Assembly (NCBI RefSeq): GCF_018350175.1
Contig: NC_058368.1
Location: 237,276,001-237,340,000 of the forward strand
Direction: 5' to 3'
Length of the DNA stretch: 64,000 nucleotides
DNA from: Felis catus
Lineage: Eukaryota
Shown: piece after piece, positions 34,139 to 44,188 of the stretch
How the letters are laid out: each line of letters starts with the position of its first letter
How positions within the stretch are numbered: position 1 is the stretch's first letter
Made by a program: the position numbers and the translations under genes
Notes under the pieces: generated by a model
Told to the model about the DNA's origin: nothing
The model's input: the letters and a program-made list of their open reading frames with translations, nothing else
Database searches by the model: none

Positions 34139-34414
34139 GGCGCGGCTGAGGAGGGAGATGAGGTCACCTGTGTCCCACAGAGGGGGCCTCTCTCTCCCTG
34201 GGACAGGCGGTCTCTCCAGGGCCCAGTCTCCCCAACAAGGATTCGTCCTTCACCACCCACTCTTTTTCATTGGTAATGTCTTCACCATAGTAGGATGCCT
34301 TCTCTTTTATAAAACTTGTCTTTAGTTGTTTGTGTCACACTCAGTACAAGAATATAAGATTGCTCATATAATAAAATTCCCATAAGTTTAAACAGGTGCA
34401 GTGCCAATCAACTA

Positions 34415-34640
34415 TTTGTTTGTTTATTTATTTATTTATTAACGTTTATTCATTTTTTGATAGAGAGAGACAGAGCGTGAGTGCGGGAGAGTCAGAGAGA
34501 GGGAGACACAGAATCCGAAGCAGGCTCCAGGCTCCGAACTGACAGCACAGAGCCCGACGCAGGGCTCGAACTCGCGGACCGTGAGATCATGACCTGAGCC
34601 GAAGTCGGACGCTTAACTGACTGAGCCCCCCAGACACCCC
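34415..34640 (-). mobile_element. Can-SINE (SINEC_Fc-type)
   Basis: Full reverse SINE; CAATCAACT on both flanks. Confidence 0.95.
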
Positions 34641-35447
34641 AGAAGCAATCAACTTTTGCTCTCATCTGTAGAACCCTACGCCCATTCCTCTACTCACTGA
34701 GAGTATCCAGTCTTCTCAAGCCATATGAACCTTTGACTAGAGAGAGCCTTCTGGGGCAGAGATGATGCAAAGCATGTTCTTTGACAAGAGCATAGAAACC
34801 AATATCAATAAGATTTCTGGAGGATTTCCAAATATTTAAGAACTAAACCGAAGAAACTTAAACAACCCTTGAATCAAAGGAATCAATAGCAACGAGCTTT
34901 CTAGAAGATTTCCAAATATTTAAAAATTAAAGGGAAACAATAAAACGACCCTTGAATCAAAGAAGAAATTACAAAGGGAATCGAAAATAGTTTTAATTGA
35001 TTAATGATGAAATCACAGCATGTTAAAATTTGGGGGATGCAGCTAAATCAGTCATGAGAGGGACGCTGATAGCTTCAGATGCATATAGTAGAATGTAAGA
35101 AGGTGTGTGGTCCCTGTCTTCTATTCCTACCTAACATCAGTTGGGAAAAGAATGACTTATACCTTACATAGGAAGAGAGGCAATATTACAAATAAAAGTG
35201 GGAACCAGTGAAGTAAAAACAAACAGCAACACAATAGAGAAACTCAACTAAGCCAGAAGTTATTTCTTCAAAAATATAAATAAAATGGATAAACTTCTAG
35301 CAAGATTGGTCAAAGAAGAAAGGCAGAAATAGAAGTTACTAATAGCAGAAGTGAAACAGGTGATGTCACTGGAGATTGTACAGATAAAAATGATGATGAG
35401 AGGGATATATAAAAACAGCTTTATGCGATAAACAATTTAAACAACAA

Positions 35448-35703
35448 TTTATTTTTAATTTTTTAAATTTTTCTTTTTTTATTTATTTTTGATAGGGAGA
35501 GACAGAGAGACAGAGAGACAGAAACAGAGACAGAGCACGAGCAGGGGAGGGGCAGAGAGAGAAGGAGACACAGAATCCAAAGCAGGTTCCGGGCTCTGAG
35601 CTGTCAGCACAGAGCCCAACACGGGTCTCCATCCCACAAACTGTGGGATCATGACCTGAGCCAAAGTCAGAGGCTCAACCCCCTTGAGCCACCCAAGTGC
35701 ACC
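35448..35703 (-). mobile_element. Can-SINE within L1
   Basis: Reverse SINE with (GA)n tract and T-rich tail. Confidence 0.93.
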
Positions 35704-36331
35704 TAAATCAATGCAATTCTAATTAAAATTTCAACAGATTTGTTAAAGAAATTAACAAGATTATTTGAAATTAGTTTAAAAGACAAAGGAGAAAACTAGC
35801 ACCCCCAGAGATGATTATAGGCAGGGATAGTAACTAAAACAGTGTGATATCAAATAATGATTAAAACTACATCCTTGAAGCAATATAAGAAATCCAGAAA
35901 TTGATCCACACTTATAAGATAAAATTATTTCAACTAAAGTGTCAAAGAAACTCAATGGAAAGGGAAAATTTCTTCAACGAATGGTGCTGGAACAAGGGAA
36001 TACCCACACACCCAAAACCCCCTTGGTCCCTATCCTGCACCATACCCCAGACCAACTGAAGACAGAACATACCTGAATGTAAAGTGCAAATGATTGATCT
36101 GGAAGAATTTCTTCTGCATCGTGGGGCAAGTAAAGATTTCCTTAAAAATCAAAATGAAACAAAAGCTTGAATTATAAAGTAAAACATTGGTAAACGAAAA
36201 TTCTTTGTAGTTAAAAATGTCTTCTCATCAAGAAACACCATCATGAATACAGTCCCTAACTGGAGGAAAGTATTAGCAATGATATAGTTGAAAAAGACTT
36301 GCATCTAGGTATATAAAAACTCCTGCAGCTT

Positions 36332-36574
36332 GGGGCGCCTGGGTGGCGCAGTCGGTTAAGCGTCCAACTTCAGCCAGGTCACGATCTTGCGGTCCGTGAG
36401 TTCAAGCCCCGCGTCGGGCTCTGGGCTGATGGCTCAGAGCCTGGAGCCTGTTTCCGATTCTGTGTCTCCCTCTCTCTCTGCCCCTCGCCCGTTCATGCTC
36501 TGTCTCTCTCTGTCCCAAAAATAAATAAACGTTGAAAAAAAATTAAAAAACAAACAAACAAACAAACAAAAAAC
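36332..36574 (+). mobile_element. Young felid SINE (SINEC_Fc) within L1
   Basis: Near-consensus body; perfect TSD AACTCCTGCAGCTT at 36318-36331 and 36575-36588. Confidence 0.97.
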
Positions 36575-36787
36575 AACTCCTGCAGCTTAACAGAAATATA
36601 AGACCGACACTCCAATAAAAATACACAGGATCCTAGGACAGGAAGGAAGGTCAGGAAAAAACCACCTAAAAATAGCAAATGAAAAACTGCTTAACATCAT
36701 TCTTAGGGAAATTCAAATTGAAACCATCATGAGAGATGGCTATATGTATAGTAGAAAGGCTAAAATCTAAAAAGTTCAGAAATACCA

Positions 36788-36967
36788 GGGGCGGCTGGGT
36801 GGCTGAATCAGTTAAACACCCAACTCTTGGATTCAGCTCAGGTCGTGATCTCCCAGTTCGTGACTCTGAGCCTGCTTGGGATTCTCTGTCTCCCTCTCTC
36901 TCTCCCCCTCACCTGCTCATGCTCTCTCTGTCCCTCTCAACTCATAAGTAAATAAACTTAAAAAAAT
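36788..36967 (+). mobile_element. Can-SINE (older, internally deleted) within L1
   Basis: Head GGGGCGGCTGGGTGGCTGAATCAG, (CT)n tract and A-tail; the mid-body is missing. Confidence 0.88.
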
Positions 36968-37576
36968 AGTTTAGCAACACCAAATGTCAAAGAATATATG
37001 GAACCACCAGGACTCTCATTTATTGGTGGTAGGAGTATAAAGTGTTAAAGCAATGTTTAGAAACTTTTTGGTAGGTTCTTAAAGTTTTAAGCACGCATCT
37101 GTCCTATGAGCCAGTGGTTCTACTTCTAAAGACACGATGAAATTATATCCACAGCAAGTCTTGTACAAGAATGTCCATCGCTACTTGATCCGTAACGATC
37201 AACGTCAGAGCATTTACCAGAGAACAGACCCACCACCTGTGGCTTATTCAGACGACAGGATAAAGAAGAATGCAATTCTGATATGTGCAACAGCACACAC
37301 GAGCACCAAAACCCCTAGCTCAATGAAAGAAACTGAACATAGAAAGGCCGATCCCCCATGACTGCGCCGACACGCCTAGAAGAAGAAAATTAATAGATGG
37401 CGGTAGAAGTCATATAGTGAGTCTTTCCAGGGGAAACAGCATTGACCAGGAAGGGAGAGGGAAGGGCTTTCTGCGGTGATGAATAGGTTCTGTGTCTTGA
37501 AACACATTTGTAAAAACTGAGTAAATGGCGCGTTTAAAGTTGAGCATTTCACTGTATGCACATTATACTACAAAAC

Positions 37577-37588
37577 TGCACGCACACA

Positions 37589-37621
<33 letters not shown>

Positions 37622-37635
37622 ACACGTATGTGCAC
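37577..37635. repeat. Alternating purine-pyrimidine tract, (CA)n(CG)7(CA)n
   Basis: 59 bp of uninterrupted R/Y alternation. Confidence 0.95.
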
Positions 37636-37975
37636 TAGCCTGAATGGTTATGGTCTCACACCAAACATTACCTTAGTATACCGTTATTGTCTGGACCAGG
37701 TATCGCCTTGTGTGGAGTGATGTTCTGGGTCTGGTGCTATTCTATTCTTGTTATATTACATTTCATCACATATGTCAGCCTATCGGTTGTAAGGTGAGGT
37801 ACCTCCCGTCAAGGCTGTTTTTAAACAGTTTAAAGCTCCTTTAGTGTTTCGTAAATGCAGCCAGACCAGGCACTAGCCTCGTGTACCGTGATGACTCCAA
37901 ACAAGGCACTCACCTGATATATGGTGATGGTTCCAGACCAGAGACTAGCCTGGTACACAGTGATGGTTCTGGGTC
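37632..37975. repeat. Degenerate ~36-bp tandem repeat in two sub-arrays
   Basis: 36-bp units at 37861-37896, 37897-37932 and 37933-37968; related units at 37632-37731. Confidence 0.7.
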
Positions 37976-39222
37976 AAGCCACGGTATGATCGTGGACGTT
38001 GGGGTACGGATCAGGAAAACACATGCTAGCATCGGGAAACAAACCAGAGAGCTTCCCTCCAATGGAAGAGAACCAGCGCTCTGACAAACCCGCCCGCCAT
38101 TTTTCTCCATGGCTGCTCCCTCCTCTGGGAAACCCCATAAGATCCCTGTGCTCACTTGTCTCTATGAAACATGAATAATCGTATCAACCCTCCCCAGACT
38201 TTATTAAGCCACGTGTGATGTTATGAGGTTATTTTTAAATAGTTGACAACTCCTTTAATGTTCCAATAATGGTATCTTTTATTACAACTGTGGAAAAGGA
38301 GGCATTCCAGCGTTGTGTAATTAAATGACAGCATATTTTGGAATATTTGGAGCAAAATACTGAATGTGGTAAGCACTCTCATGCAAGAGTTAATAAAAAA
38401 AAAGGTTGTTACATTTTTTTTAAATGAAAGCTTCCTTTCCACGTGCTGTGCATTTCACATCCCCAAGGAGAATAGCGCACTTAGAAAAAGCTATTTAATT
38501 CAAATAAAGAAAGGATATGATGTTGCCAGTGAGAGCAAATAAAGATAGAATAAGGTATATTGCCGAGGAAATGTTTGCATAACACACTGAAATTAATATA
38601 CCATGTGTGATAGTTGACACAGTTCATTCTAGAACAGATAAATCATTCATAGGAAAAACAAACACCAACTAAAAAGGAATAGATCACCAGTTGAGCCACA
38701 TACATCGTAACCTGTTGACACACTATGAATTTTCTGCTGAATCAGACACCTAAGCTACTAAATCAGCGTGAACACCCCCACTGGGCCAGGCACATCGCGC
38801 GCAGCTACAAGGGGTCATGCAGCTGATACGACTGTCTATCAAATCAGGAATGCACAGTATATGAGAGCTCCTATTTACTGAGCCATGGTCACTACGAAGG
38901 GAGTGTGCTGGCTAGGAAAATGCACACGTCGACTATGACTTACCTTTCAGCTCAATTTACCTGGTCTTTCTAAAACCACTTTAAGGTGGTCCTGTGCGCC
39001 CAGCCCTGGGGGCGACGACCCTCCTTTGCGTGTGAGGGGGACCTGCGGCTTGCTTCTAACCAACAGAACGTGGCAAAGGTGAGGGGTGGCGCTCCCGCGG
39101 TGGCAGACTGCTTCTCTGTAAGCCTCCCACGTGCCAGCAGCATTATACTTGCGATTTAATTTATAGAGGTGCGGCCGGCTGATGACGCGGAGAGGCTGAG
39201 GCCTTTACATTTTCATCACATA

Positions 39223-39437
39223 GGGGTGAGCCTGGGTGGCTCAGTCGGTTGGGCGTCTGGCTCCGGGTCGGGTCACGATCTCACGGTTCGTGGGTTCGAG
39301 CCCCGCGTCGGGCTCTGTGCTGACGGCTCAGAGCCCGACGCCTGCTTCGAAGTCCGCGTCTCCCTCTCTCTCTGCTCTTCCGCCATTTGCTCTCTGTCTC
39401 TCTCTCTCTCTCAAAAATAAACAAACATTAAAAAAAG
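39223..39437 (+). mobile_element. Can-SINE
   Basis: Full SINE; TSD TTTTCATC(A/G)CATA. Confidence 0.93.
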
Positions 39438-39614
39438 TTTTCATCGCATACACTTTCCTAGGGAAGAGGCGCAGGGCATTATTATCTCCAGGAATTAGCC
39501 CCTGGAGAGTCAGCCCCTTTCCAGGTCTGGAAGGTATTGAGAATATAGAAAAGAGAATCAACATAATTGTCCCTGTGATGAATGGAGGCCCAGTGGAAAA
39601 ATACACTTAAAAAG

Positions 39615-39811
39615 GTTTATTTATTTATTTTCAGAGAGAGAGAGAGAGACTGTAAGCAGGGGAGGGGCAGAGAGAGAGAGGGAGAAGCCCAAGCAGGCTC
39701 CGCACTGTCAGCACAGAGCCCGACACAGGGCTCGACCCCATGAACCCCAAGGTCATGAGTGGAGCCGAAATCAAGTCGGGCACTCAACCGACTGAGCCAC
39801 CCCGGCGCCCC
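39615..39811 (-). mobile_element. Can-SINE (older subfamily)
   Basis: Reverse SINE; CAGTGGA(A/C)AAA on both flanks. Confidence 0.93.
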
Positions 39812-40032
39812 AGTGGACAAACATATTTTAAGAAAACACAGTCAGGACAATCCCATAGCTTCAAGGAAATGAATTGTACCAGTGCATGGGGATTTTGGAA
39901 GCAAATCTTCCCCAGTCGGGCCTCTGATGGGAACCCATCCCGGGTGATGCACAGGTGTGGGGCCCTGAGCAGAGGAGCCTGGTAAGTCACACCTTGTCCT
40001 CATCCCCAGAAACCGAGAGATGATAAACATGT

Positions 40033-40259
40033 TATTTTATTTATTTATTTATTTAATGTTTCTTTCTTTGTGACAGAGAGAGGGAGGGAGAATGAGCGGG
40101 GAAGGGGCAGAGAGAGTAGGGGACAGAGCATCTGAAGCAGGTCCCGTGCTCACAGCAGAGAGCCCGATGTGACTGTGGGGCTTGAACTCACGAACCATGA
40201 GATCAGCATCACCCGAGCTGAGGTCAGTCACTTACCTGACTGAGCCCCCCAGGCGCCCC
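40033..40259 (-). mobile_element. Can-SINE
   Basis: Reverse SINE ending …CCAGGCGCCCC. Confidence 0.92.
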
Positions 40260-41189
40260 TACACACATTATTACAAACCTCTGAGTTTGTGTGATTTGTT
40301 TAGCAGCAAAACAAAAGTAAACCATTGATCAAAATCACCACAGTACAGGAACTGTCACGAAATACTGAGGGATATTAAAATTTTTGAACTTTCCTATTGT
40401 CAGTAACATGGAGAAATCTGATTCCGAAACCTGGACAGTAAGCAGTTTCAAGCGTTGAAACATGGAGCGCCAGAGGTTCAGAATGTCAAGACCAAGGCTT
40501 GGTCTGGGACAGGACGGGTCACACTGCGAGGGGCTGTCGGCTGGGTGCAGACATACCCAATAGCAAGGACAAGGTGACGGGGTCAGTCCCAGCAAACGTG
40601 CTGAGGAGTCAGGCTGGTGGCTCTGGAGGCCGGCTGCAGGCACAGAGTGTGCAGTCCTTGGCCAGCCTCTCTGGACTTCAGAGAGAAACTTAGGTCCTGG
40701 GGACAACTGCTGAGGTCTGCAGCAGAGACCCAGACCCAAGAATCCACACCAGGACCTGTCCCTTGGGGAGGAACTCAAGATAACAAGAACCCAGTGATGG
40801 AATCCCAGGTACAAGTTCTGGGAGAATAGAAGCTCCGCCTCTGTGAACAACTGTCTTGTCTTTGCCTCCGTTTCCAGCTCTGGGAAGTGGGGCCATGGCA
40901 TCACCTCTCCATGAGATTAGGTGTCTGCCATCAATGTCCTTTAAGACACTGAGGAACAGGTAGAAAGTCACGTGATAGTTTGGGGGTGATCCCAGGGGAG
41001 GGTCTTGAGGAACAAACGTCTTGCTAAGCTTTGATAAGTAAGCTATTTTAGTTGGCTGAAGGTCTTATCTCCCAGAAGCAAGTGTTTCCTAGAATGAACA
41101 GCTGAGGCGTTCTTGTCGGGTCCCAGGGTTCGCACAGAAGAAGAAAATTGTGTGGCTCCTAAAACAGAGAGTGTGTTCTCGAAGGAGTA

Positions 41190-41265
41190 AATCAAATAAT
41201 GTGAAAACGCTCTGAGCTCAACTCCTGGGACATGGCAGGTGCCCAATAAATGTAGTTACCTACAT
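41190..41265 (+). mobile_element. MIR/L2 3' tail fragment
   Basis: ATGTGAAAACGCTCTGAGC…CCTGGGACATGGCAGGTGCCCAATAAATGT. Confidence 0.55.
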
Positions 41266-41694
41266 CATCAGCAACAAGGCTGACTCAGAGTGGCTCACCG
41301 TGGCCCCAAGCCCCGGGGCGTACTTGCGGCTGAGTCTGGGGAGCGCGAAAGGGGTTGACGTGCCATCATGGAGACCGCGTTTCCGTGAATAAAGCACTCT
41401 GGCTTTACTGCCACAAATGGGATAGATTTCTTAGTCTCATCATAATTATCGTGACTCTGCTGCCCAGAAAGCATTGTTACGGGTCCCTCCTTCCTTACAA
41501 ACCCCTGAGCCCTTTCCTCGCCTGGAGCCCGGTGCCGCCCAGAGGACCCAGGCCCGAGATGTGGGGCTGGGGACGAGGCTCTGTTGATGGCTGTGATTCA
41601 ACCAGCAAGCACGCAGGACCCTCAGGTCAGCGGGTTTCCCTCGGAAAAGGGACGGCATTTGAAGGGCAGCGATCCACTTTTTATGTTGATTATG

Positions 41695-41921
41695 TTTTTT
41701 TTTTTTTAATTTTTTTTTCAACGTTTATTTATTTTTGGGACAGAGGGAGACAGAGCATGAACGGGGGAGGGGCAGAGAGAGAGGGAGACACAGAATCGGA
41801 AACAGGCTCCAGGCTCCGAGCCATCAGCCCAGAGCCTGACGCGGGGCTCGAACTCACGGACCGCGAGATCGTGACCTGGCTGAAGTCGGACGCTTAACCG
41901 ACTGCGCCACCCAGGCGCCCC
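41695..41921 (-). mobile_element. Young felid SINE (SINEC_Fc)
   Basis: Near-consensus with CpGs intact; TSD TGTTGAT(T/C)ATGTTT. Confidence 0.97.
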
Positions 41922-42621
41922 TGTTGATCATGTTTAATAAAATCATAGTTTCAACACACTTGGGCCACGTCATCAACAAAGAATCATTTTGGCGACGTAG
42001 GTAATTAATTTACGTAATGTCTTCTGTATGTGGACAAGACCTGTTGCAGTGGACCAGGTTATTACATAGATACAGCAGGACATAAATCTAGATTTGGATG
42101 TGGAACGGTGAGCGTGTGCGTGTGCACCTGAGTGTGTGTTTGTGGTACACGCAGCAGCCTTTATCCCAAAGAAGAGCCAGGGAATTTCCGCAGGTACGAA
42201 CGTGTGCGTATTTTAGACAGGTGAGATAAGCTGACGTCAGGGGCCGGGCATAACCTTTACGTGACATTGGTCTCCATACCAAGTGACCACAAACGGTATC
42301 TTAAAACAACACAGATGAGCCCTCCCCACAAGTCCACGGGCCAGAGGTCCAGGGGGGCTCAGCCCTTTCTCTGCCAGGTTGTACAGGCCTGAACCCGGGT
42401 GGTGGCCCTGCAGTGTCTATCCCCACGCCCCCCAGGTGTTGGAAGTGGTCAGTTCTCGTGCTCATAGAGCCGGAGGCCCGAGTCCCCCAGCCCTCAGCGC
42501 CTGCCTGTCACCTGCGTTACTTGTCTTTTACCTTCAGGCCCTTCTTGGGCTTCGGCCTCTTACATCCCCTCCACCGCAGCCCCGTGGCGACGGCCAGAGA
42601 AAATTCTCCGCTGCAGGGGCT

Positions 42622-43270
42622 TGTAAAGGGCAGAATTGTGTCCCATTTTCAACAAAAGACGTTGAGGCCCTAACCCCCGTACCTTATTTGGATGTGACCT
42701 TATTTTTTTTTTTAACGTTTATTTATTTTTGAGACAGAGAGACAGAGCATGAACGGGGGAGGGTCAGAGAGAGGGAGACACAGAATCTGAAACAGGCCCC
42801 AGGCTCTGAGCTGTCAGCACAGAGCCCGATGCGGGGCTTGAACTCACGGACCTCGAGATCATGACCCGAGCCGAAGTCGGCCGCTTAACCGACTGAGCCA
42901 CCCAGGCGCCCCTGGATGTGACCTTCTTTAAAAGGCGGGTTTCTGCAGGTGATCAAGTTAAGATGTGGTCATGAGGGTGGGCTCTGATTCGTTGTGACGG
43001 GAGTCCTTACGAGAAGAAGGGGTCTGGACACAGACGGACACCACGTGAACACGGAGGCAGAGACCGGGGTGGGGCATCTACCGGCCAGAGGACGCCAGAG
43101 AGGGCCAGCCCCCACCAGAGGCTGGAGAGAGGCGGGAGGGGTGCTCCCTCAGAGCCTCAGAAGGAGAAGCCCACGGACCCCTTGATCGCGGCCTTCCAGC
43201 CTCCGGGGCTGAGGGGGGATACATTTCTGGTGTCAAAGCCGCCCAGGGGGTTGTGCTCTGTTGTGGCAGC
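42622..43270 (+). mobile_element. MLT1B/C-like LTR nested in the outer MLT1 and interrupted by a SINE
   Basis: TGTAAAGGGCAGAATTGTGTCCC…GTTGAGGCCCTAACCCC…GATGTGACCTT…CAAGTTAAGATGTGGTCAT…CTTCCAGCCTCC…GTTGTGGCAGC. Confidence 0.85.
42702..42912 (-). mobile_element. Can-SINE (SINEC_Fc-type)
   Basis: Perfect TSD TGGATGTGACCTT at 42689-42701 and 42913-42925. Confidence 0.97.
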
Positions 43271-43459
43271 TTTACTGGGCCCACCTGAATAATCCAGGAT
43301 AATTTCCCTGTTGTGAAACCTGCACCCTTGACTGAATCTGTGGAGCCCCCTTAGCCATGGAACAGTATAGTCACAGGCTCTGGGATTAGGGGGCCACGCT
43401 TCGGGGGGCCACGTGTCACCTTACCATAGCATAGCCCGATCGCGTTAGCCCCATGGCTA

Positions 43460-43600
43460 CACTCCTCTGAGGTAGGGACCATCTATTTCCCATTTTGCAG
43501 ATGTGAAGACTAAGGCAAGAGGCGATGGGAGTTCCCCACCAGACTAACACCAGGCCAACTGGTGCCCAGGGGCCCGCTCCGCCACCAGGCCCAGTGAGCA
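43460..43600 (-). mobile_element. MIR
   Basis: CTCTGAGGTAGG…TTCCCATTTTGCAGATGTGAAGACTAAGGC, the MIR core. Confidence 0.7.
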
Positions 43601-43978
43601 CGCAGGCCTCTGAATTCCAAATGTCCCCGTGCCCCAGGCCTCGCGTTCACTGCCTCCTTCCCTCGTCTCCCTCTGTGGACCCAGTCGATCACCGCTCTCA
43701 CTGCCATCCTGCGGGAGAGCGCAAAAGTGAGAGACGTGTGTGTCCTGGAGGGGCTTCTAGTCTGCTTTGAAAAAACAGCAGAGATGAAAACAAATCAATA
43801 ATACACAAACCATCTACAGTGGCGTGTATGCGACAGCTCAGAAATGGAGTGAATTTGTGTGCTCCTGGCCAAGGAGCCAAGGGCTCGGGAGGGAGATCAT
43901 GCTGGTCCGTGTGGGATGAAGTGCTCAGGTCCCGGGGGAGAAGCTGCTTGCTCTCTCGAGCTCTCTCTGCAACCATTG

Positions 43979-44188
43979 TTTAATGTTTATTTATTGTTGT
44001 GAGAGAGAGGGGGTGGAGAGAGAGCGTGAGTGGAATAGGGGCAGAGAGAGGGAGAGACACAGAATCCGAAGCAGGCTCTAGGCTCTGAGTCAGCACAGAG
44101 CCCGACGCGGGGCTCGAACTCACAGACCGAGAGATCATGACCTGAGCCGAAGTCGGACGCTCAACTGACTGAGCCTCCCAGGCTCCCC
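43979..44188 (-). mobile_element. Can-SINE (SINEC_Fc-type)
   Basis: Reverse SINE; ACCATTGTT on both flanks. Confidence 0.95.

Larger units (their letters stand above)
34385..37575 (+). mobile_element. Decayed ~3 kb L1 (L1MD/ME-like), ORF2 to 3' end, carrying four SINE insertions
   Basis: A-rich collinear L1 landmarks: AAAATTTGGGGGATGCAGCTAAA; AAAATGGATAAACTTCTAGCAAGATTGGTCAAAG; CTTCAACGAATGGTGCTGGAAC; GGGAAATTCAAATTGAAACCA; GCATTTCACTGTATGCACATTATAC. Many stops and deletions. Confidence 0.85.
38975..40324 (+). mobile_element. MLT1E/F-like MaLR LTR, fragmented by three SINEs
   Basis: GGCTTGCTTCTAACCAACAGAACGTGGCAAAGGTGA near 39050; CAAGGAAATGAATTGTACCA…CCCTGAGCAGAGGAGCC…CAGAAACCGAGAGATGATAAA at 39860-40030; end TTTGTTTAGCAGCAAAAC. 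Confidence 0.7.
42270..43428 (-). mobile_element. Older MLT1 (D/E-like) LTR, outer host split by an inner MLT1
   Basis: CCATACCAAGTGACCACAAAC…CTTAAAACAACACAGAT at the left end; resumes near 43271 with ACTGGGCCCACCTGAATAATCCAGGATAATTTCCC…CACAGGCTCTGGGATTAGG. Confidence 0.75.

Noticed and set aside
34385..37575. L1 as an active or coding element
   Set aside because: No 5' UTR or ORF1; ORF2 is riddled with stops and large deletions and is interrupted by four SINEs.
37861..37968. 36-bp periodicity resembling CRISPR repeats
   Set aside because: The units abut with no unique spacers, there are no cas genes, and the context is mammalian.
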